Origin: an uncultured archaeon
GTDB taxonomy: Archaea > Asgardarchaeota > Lokiarchaeia > Sigyniarchaeales > SOKP01
Direction of reading: 5' to 3'
NCBI GenBank assembly: GCA_964447495.1
Contig: CAYUTF010000007.1
Coordinates: 27,313-66,316, forward strand
Length of the DNA stretch: 39,004 nt
A program made the translations under genes and the position numbers. The notes beneath the pieces were generated by a model. The model was not told the origin of the DNA, did not search any database, and was given only the letters and a program-made list of their open reading frames with translations. Shown here piece by piece: positions 34,837 through 39,004 of this stretch. Positions within the stretch are counted from its first letter, which is position 1, and each line of letters opens with the position of its first letter.

Positions 34837-35386
34837 TAGGACTTGCTTAGGCATAGACCCGGGGCAAAAGTCTAGTGGAGTTGTGGTCCTTGACTGGGTT
34901 AATCGCCAGGTACTTATGGCAGATAATCAGTACCCGAATGAACGTCTTTTGAATACTTTAAAGAAGAGTAATTTTTTTCGGGGTCCTGGGAGTGGAGATA
35001 TAGTTTTATTTTCTTGTATTGATATGGTCTCTATAGAGAAGGTAGTGACCTATGGAAGGTCTGTTGGGCAGGAAACTATGGATACAGCTTGGTGGGGGGG
35101 AAAGTTTCATACGGCAGCTGAGTGGACAGTTGGCAGAGTTGAAGCTATATCACGCCCAACAGTGAAGATGATGCTTTATGGGTCATTAGTTTATAAAGAT
35201 GCTACATCCAGAAAAGGGGTAGACACTAAGTTGTTAAAGTCCTGTGCAAAGAGCTATTTTGAACCTACTGGTGGGGGTAATGACCCCTATAGGGGGACGG
35301 TTAAGTGTAAGGGGCCGCTTTTTTGCGTGAGGGGAGTTCACGCTTGGGATGCGTTGTTTGTTGCACTATCGGCAATGCTGGCCTAG
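34811..35386 (+). CDS. RuvC-like nuclease/resolvase
   Basis: LGIDPGQKSSGVVV, VSIEKV and HAWDAL. Confidence 0.75.
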   Translation: MTWKMQEDSRTCLGIDPGQKSSGVVVLDWVNRQVLMADNQYPNERLLNTLKKSNFFRGPGSGDIVLFSCIDMVSIEKVVTYGRSVGQETMDTAWWGGKFHTAAEWTVGRVEAISRPTVKMMLYGSLVYKDATSRKGVDTKLLKSCAKSYFEPTGGGNDPYRGTVKCKGPLFCVRGVHAWDALFVALSAMLA

Positions 35387-35415
35387 AATAGCCTAGGATA
35401 TTCCGGGAGATAAGC

Positions 35416-35724
35416 ATGAAAACACAGAAGACGGAGTTGGTGGCGGAGGTTGGAGAGAGGTCAGAAGTTCTATTCAGAGTGGCCGGCGGGTCTCAAGTTA
35501 AGCTGGTAGCTGGGGCAATAAGTAGGTCTATTCGGGAAGGGAATACTCCGGTCATTGTGGCCATAGGGGCAGGAGCTGTAAATCAGGCATTAAAGGCAAT
35601 ATGTGTATCTCAGGGCATGATAGCCCCGGAGGGCTATTCTATTGTCATTAAGCCGGGATTTAGAGACGAGTTCATCAGTGGCAGAAAATGTACTGCTATG
35701 TCGATGAAGGTAGTTTCTATTTAG
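35416..35724 (+). CDS. spoVS: Stage V sporulation protein S family
   Basis: FRVAGGS.VKLVAGAI...REG...AIGAGAVNQALKAI...G...PGF is the SpoVS signature. Confidence 0.9.
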   Translation: MKTQKTELVAEVGERSEVLFRVAGGSQVKLVAGAISRSIREGNTPVIVAIGAGAVNQALKAICVSQGMIAPEGYSIVIKPGFRDEFISGRKCTAMSMKVVSI

Positions 35725-35732
35725 CTGGAGGA

Positions 35733-36179
35733 ATGATGAATAAAGTTGTTAAGGAAATAACGTTTGACGCCGCACACAGGTTATTTGGGTACCAGGGAAA
35801 GTGTGCCAATATCCATGGGCACAGGTATAGAGTTTTGGTGGCGCTCAATTATAAAGAAGTCAGGGACGATGGTCTATCTGTAGACTTCAGCAGGATAAGA
35901 GATAGCGTGGGGAAGTGGATCTCTGAGAATTGGGATCACAAGTTACTTCTAAGCTCGAATGACCCGCTAGGGAGGCATTTAGTTGACTCGAATATGTGCA
36001 CTGAGAGTTCTATTTTCAGTTTTGAGAAGAATCCTACAGCTGAAGTTTTGGCGGAATATTTAGTCAGTGTTGTGATTCCATATCAGTGGCCATACCTTGG
36101 GCACATTTTACATTCAGTTTCGGTATATGAAACTCCAACATGTTTTACAGTAGTTACGGTTCCCCATGTACCAGATTAA
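35733..36179 (+). CDS. queD: 6-carboxytetrahydropterin synthase
   Basis: FDAAHRL..Y.GKCANIHGHRY, VDF, WDH, NPTAE and VYETPT. ATG at 35733 follows GGAGG. Confidence 0.93.
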   Translation: MMNKVVKEITFDAAHRLFGYQGKCANIHGHRYRVLVALNYKEVRDDGLSVDFSRIRDSVGKWISENWDHKLLLSSNDPLGRHLVDSNMCTESSIFSFEKNPTAEVLAEYLVSVVIPYQWPYLGHILHSVSVYETPTCFTVVTVPHVPD

Positions 36180-36843
36180 TGAGATTTTTTACAGTATTCA
36201 GGGTGAGGGGGTCAGTATTGGTTATCCAGCAATATTTGTCAGGTTCTCAGGGTGTAATTTAGCTTGTCCCTTCTGCGATACTGAGCATGATACATTTACT
36301 GAGTATTCATTAGACAATTTAGTGTCGGCTATAGTCTCATTGAGGGCTAAGTTGGGTATGCGCCAAGGGTATGGACTTTTTCCCAAAGACAGGCCAAGGT
36401 GTATTTTCACCGGTGGGGAGCCAATGCTTCAGTTAGATGTGAATCTTATTGGGGCACTTAGGGAAGCTGGGTTTCTACTGTGCATAGAGACCAATGGTAC
36501 GATAGGGGAGCAGTGGCTGATATCCTTGGATGAAGTTACAGTTTCGCCTAAGAGACCCATCAATGAGTTGCCGGCATTAAGGTACGCGACGACGATTAAA
36601 GTCTTGGTTCCAGTTTTTGAGGGTATAGAGGTATCAAGTATAGTGGAAATGGTAAATATCAGTGCTGTAAGAAGGCGGAATATTAATCTGGTATTACAGC
36701 CAATAAGCGTAGAAGATGGAGCTTCGAGGCAGTTTAGAAACAATTGTCAGGAAGCTGTCGGGTTACAGAAAAGATTGTGGGTTCGACATGGACAGGTATG
36801 GAGAGTAATCCCCCAGGTGCATCGCTCTATGGGGTTAATTTAG
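36166..36843 (+). CDS. queE: 7-carboxy-7-deazaguanine synthase (radical SAM)
   Basis: EIFYSIQGEG, FVRFSGCNLACPFCDT, TGGEP, IETNG, VSPK, LQP and PQVH. Confidence 0.95.
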   Translation: MYQINEIFYSIQGEGVSIGYPAIFVRFSGCNLACPFCDTEHDTFTEYSLDNLVSAIVSLRAKLGMRQGYGLFPKDRPRCIFTGGEPMLQLDVNLIGALREAGFLLCIETNGTIGEQWLISLDEVTVSPKRPINELPALRYATTIKVLVPVFEGIEVSSIVEMVNISAVRRRNINLVLQPISVEDGASRQFRNNCQEAVGLQKRLWVRHGQVWRVIPQVHRSMGLI

Positions 36844-36855
36844 GAGGTCTTGAGA

Positions 36856-37227
36856 ATGAATGAGTACAGAGAAGGTAATACGGAAGCGGAAGACGGAGTT
36901 GAAGATTCTTTTGAGGATGCTGCAACCGGGGAGAAAGTCTCGGCCCCCTCGGCAATATCCGCAATATTGTTGGTATTAACCCCCCGGGGTGTTGAGTTGA
37001 TGACGGACATTAAGGGGATAAAGGTTGATAGGCAGGCAACATATCACGATGTGGTTATGATGACATCGGTAGCAAAAGCAGAAGCTGAGGCCACCATCTC
37101 CAGCAGGTACACTGCGGATGCTATGCTAAAGGGTATGAGGTCTGTCCAAAAGGCGGCCTCCGGCAGAAAAGCTCCAAGAAATGTTGGTGGAGTCCCTATC
37201 ATTGGAGGGGGACGGCGTGACCACTGA
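36856..37227 (+). CDS. Hypothetical protein within the deazaguanine cluster
   Basis: AGGAGG at 36843-36848, ATG at 36856. Acidic N-terminus, basic C-terminus. Confidence 0.65.
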   Translation: MNEYREGNTEAEDGVEDSFEDAATGEKVSAPSAISAILLVLTPRGVELMTDIKGIKVDRQATYHDVVMMTSVAKAEAEATISSRYTADAMLKGMRSVQKAASGRKAPRNVGGVPIIGGGRRDH

Positions 37228-37783
37228 AATACAGCGGGAGATGGAGGAGGCTGTAAAAGTTCTTCTTCGAGGTATGGGTGAAGACATTAGCCGAGAGGGG
37301 TTGGTGGATACCCCTAGACGTGTAGTCAGTATGTTCTTGGAGATGACTGAGGGTTTGAGGGTGTCGCCCCCTCATATGACAACGTTTAGTAAGGGGTCTA
37401 CTGACCAAATGGTAATAGTCTCTGATATTGCGTACACGAGTTTGTGTGAGCATCATCTAGCGCCATTTACCGGTAGAGTTCACATTGGATACCTTCCTAG
37501 AGGTCGGCTGGCCGGGCTATCGAAGTTGGGTAGAATTGTTGAGTGGTATGCAAAAAGGCTTCAAATTCAGGAGAGGTTTACATCACAGATAGCGGATAAG
37601 TGTGTTGATGAGCTGGATCCGGTGGGGATTATCGTAGTCGCAGAAGGGCACCATCAGTGTATGTCCATGAGGGGCATCAAAAAAGAAAATCATAAAACTG
37701 TGACTACGGCAATCAGGGGGTTGATAGCTAAGAACGAGTTCTTTCAGGCTTTGGGGGTTACCCGTGGCCACAATAGTTTGTGA
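37217..37783 (+). CDS. folE: GTP cyclohydrolase I
   Basis: REGLVDTPRRV, SLCEHHLAPF, GLSKLGR, RLQIQER and HQCMSMRG. GTG at 37217 follows GGAGG. Confidence 0.95.
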   Translation: MTTEIQREMEEAVKVLLRGMGEDISREGLVDTPRRVVSMFLEMTEGLRVSPPHMTTFSKGSTDQMVIVSDIAYTSLCEHHLAPFTGRVHIGYLPRGRLAGLSKLGRIVEWYAKRLQIQERFTSQIADKCVDELDPVGIIVVAEGHHQCMSMRGIKKENHKTVTTAIRGLIAKNEFFQALGVTRGHNSL

Positions 37784-38096
37784 TCTGGATGGGGTCATCG
37801 CGAAGCTGGTTTCGAGTCATACTGAGTATTCCCAGTGCGAGCCTAACCAAGAAGTCATAGGAGTCTTGCATAGGCTTGTAGGTTTGGGTCATGAGGTTGT
37901 GATTCATACAGCAAGGTGGGAAGTAGATAGAAGCGTTACTGAGTCTTGGCTTAGGAGGAATTCAGTACCATATTCTAAAGTGGTGTTCGATAAGCCATTA
38001 GGTCAGGTGTATATCGATGATAGGGCTTTATTGTATAGCTCTAATGACGAGACCAGGGGTAGTTTATTAGAAGAGATTCTAGGGAGGCTAAGATGA
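37764..38096 (+). CDS. Cap-less HAD phosphatase (EcbF/BcbF-like)
   Basis: Intact motifs DLDGVI, HTAR, KP and YIDDRA. Confidence 0.85.
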   Translation: MATIVCDLDGVIAKLVSSHTEYSQCEPNQEVIGVLHRLVGLGHEVVIHTARWEVDRSVTESWLRRNSVPYSKVVFDKPLGQVYIDDRALLYSSNDETRGSLLEEILGRLR

Positions 38097-38821
38097 GTCC
38101 TGAAGTTCTGGGTGATTTACATATTATTTTGTACAGTGGTGGTATGGATTCGTATATTACTTATAAGTATGTTGGGCGAATTTCGGGTGAGAATGATATA
38201 GTCTATCCAGTTTATTTTAGCCTTGGGCACAGATACGAGCATCAGGAGCTGGCGGCAGTTGCGAATACTTTGGGAAGCAAAGTTATGCGGGATTATTCAC
38301 TTAAAGGATTGGGTAAAATTGAAGACCTCTTTGCGTATATTCCGGGGAGGAATGCGCATTTAGTTCTGGCTTCTCTGAAGTATGCCGTTGTTAAGGCTGG
38401 AAAGGTCTTTATTTGGCTTACGGTTCAGAAAGATGAGATGAGTATTCCGGACAGGAGTGATGAGTTTTTTGAGAAGATGTCAGAGGTTTGTAGTGTGTTG
38501 GTTGGTTCTGAGGTTCTTGTGGTAACTCCGTTTAGGGATATGGATAAGGCAGATATGGTATCTTGGTATTTGTCTAAAGGATATTCAGTTGCTGAGTTGT
38601 TGAGTACTTGGGCATGTTATGACTCTACTTCGTATATTCCGTGCGGCGAGTGCAGCGCATGTATCCGGAGATACATTGCTCTGAGCATCAATGATTTAAG
38701 TGAGGAGTACCGAGTCGACCCGTTGAGTTCGAGTTTAGCAGATAGTTATAGAAAAGCGGCAAAGTTGGGGGAGTACAGTGAGCAACGTTGTGAAAGAATT
38801 CTGGAGGTGTTAGGTGAGTGA
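38093..38821 (+). CDS. queC: 7-cyano-7-deazaguanine synthase (QueC-like)
   Basis: LYSGGMDS, YIPGRN, PDRS, TPF..DKAD and Zn site TWACY..CGECSACIRR. Confidence 0.88.
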   Translation: MSPEVLGDLHIILYSGGMDSYITYKYVGRISGENDIVYPVYFSLGHRYEHQELAAVANTLGSKVMRDYSLKGLGKIEDLFAYIPGRNAHLVLASLKYAVVKAGKVFIWLTVQKDEMSIPDRSDEFFEKMSEVCSVLVGSEVLVVTPFRDMDKADMVSWYLSKGYSVAELLSTWACYDSTSYIPCGECSACIRRYIALSINDLSEEYRVDPLSSSLADSYRKAAKLGEYSEQRCERILEVLGE

Positions 38822-39004
38822 GTTAAAAGACTGCATGGTGTTGAAGGCTGAGTGGCTTATAACTAGAGAGTGCAATTTGCGGTGTGAATATTGCCAAATT
38901 AGGAATAAGCCAGAAGGCATGTCTGAAATCTCTACAGAGAGGGCTATAGAGATTGTAGAGATGTTTTCTAACTTGTGGCCAGGGGCGCCGATGGTGATTT
39001 ATGG
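38814..39004 (+). CDS. Radical SAM protein, 3'-truncated (absent from the ORF track)
   Basis: Hand translation from GTG 38814 (GGAGG at 38803-38807): VSELKDCMVLKAEWLITRECNLRCEYCQIRN...APMVIYG. CxxxCxxC at 38871-38894; the frame is open to the window end. Confidence 0.85.
   Translation, partial: MSELKDCMVLKAEWLITRECNLRCEYCQIRNKPEGMSEISTERAIEIVEMFSNLWPGAPMVIY

Noticed and set aside
39-37798. All minus-strand ORFs and short alternate-frame plus ORFs in the track (e.g. 30940-31650, 21645-22112, 1557-1790)
   Set aside because: They are shadows of well-supported plus-strand genes, with no motifs or independent expression signals that I could see.
35733-38821. Host chromosomal queuosine (tRNA) operon
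   Set aside because: It is continuous with phage genes on the same strand, and no tgt, queA or queF is visible. A DNA-modification role is more likely, though not proven.
1-39004. Stop-codon reassignment or other alternative genetic code
   Set aside because: Genes are full length and tile tightly under the standard code, with TAA, TAG and TGA all used as stops. The scattered Asp/Glu swaps are not systematic.

Overview
This is a 39-kb segment of a tailed dsDNA bacteriophage genome, probably with a contractile tail. All credible genes are on the + strand, densely packed, in the standard bacterial code. (1) 1-11178 is the end of the structural module: a glycoside-hydrolase-like TIM-barrel protein, BppU-like, baseplate and tail-fibre proteins, a GT25 glycosyltransferase, and a His-repeat protein, closed by an intrinsic terminator. 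(2) 11276-12390 is a holin/spanin-like membrane cluster with no adjacent endolysin. (3) 12397-35386 is an early/replication module with three TTGACAAAA sigma70-type promoters. It encodes a GHKL ATPase, an initiator carrying a lambda-style iteron origin, a DnaC-like loader, DnaB, primase, a gp32-like SSB, and a family A polymerase with unusual active-site substitutions. It also encodes a sulfotransferase, SF2 helicase, RecA with a Zn-ribbon insert, a resolvase, an ATP-dependent ligase, ParB, DUF932, RsfA/Myb-like, Cas4-like and RuvC-like proteins, plus two cell-wall hydrolases. (4) 35416-39004 holds spoVS followed by a 7-deazaguanine (preQ0) cluster: queD-queE-orf-folE-HAD-queC, then a second, truncated radical SAM gene that the ORF track missed. 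The best candidate for a new system is this extended deazaguanine pathway together with the atypical polymerase and adjacent sulfotransferase. All family calls come from motif recognition by eye, not from database searches.
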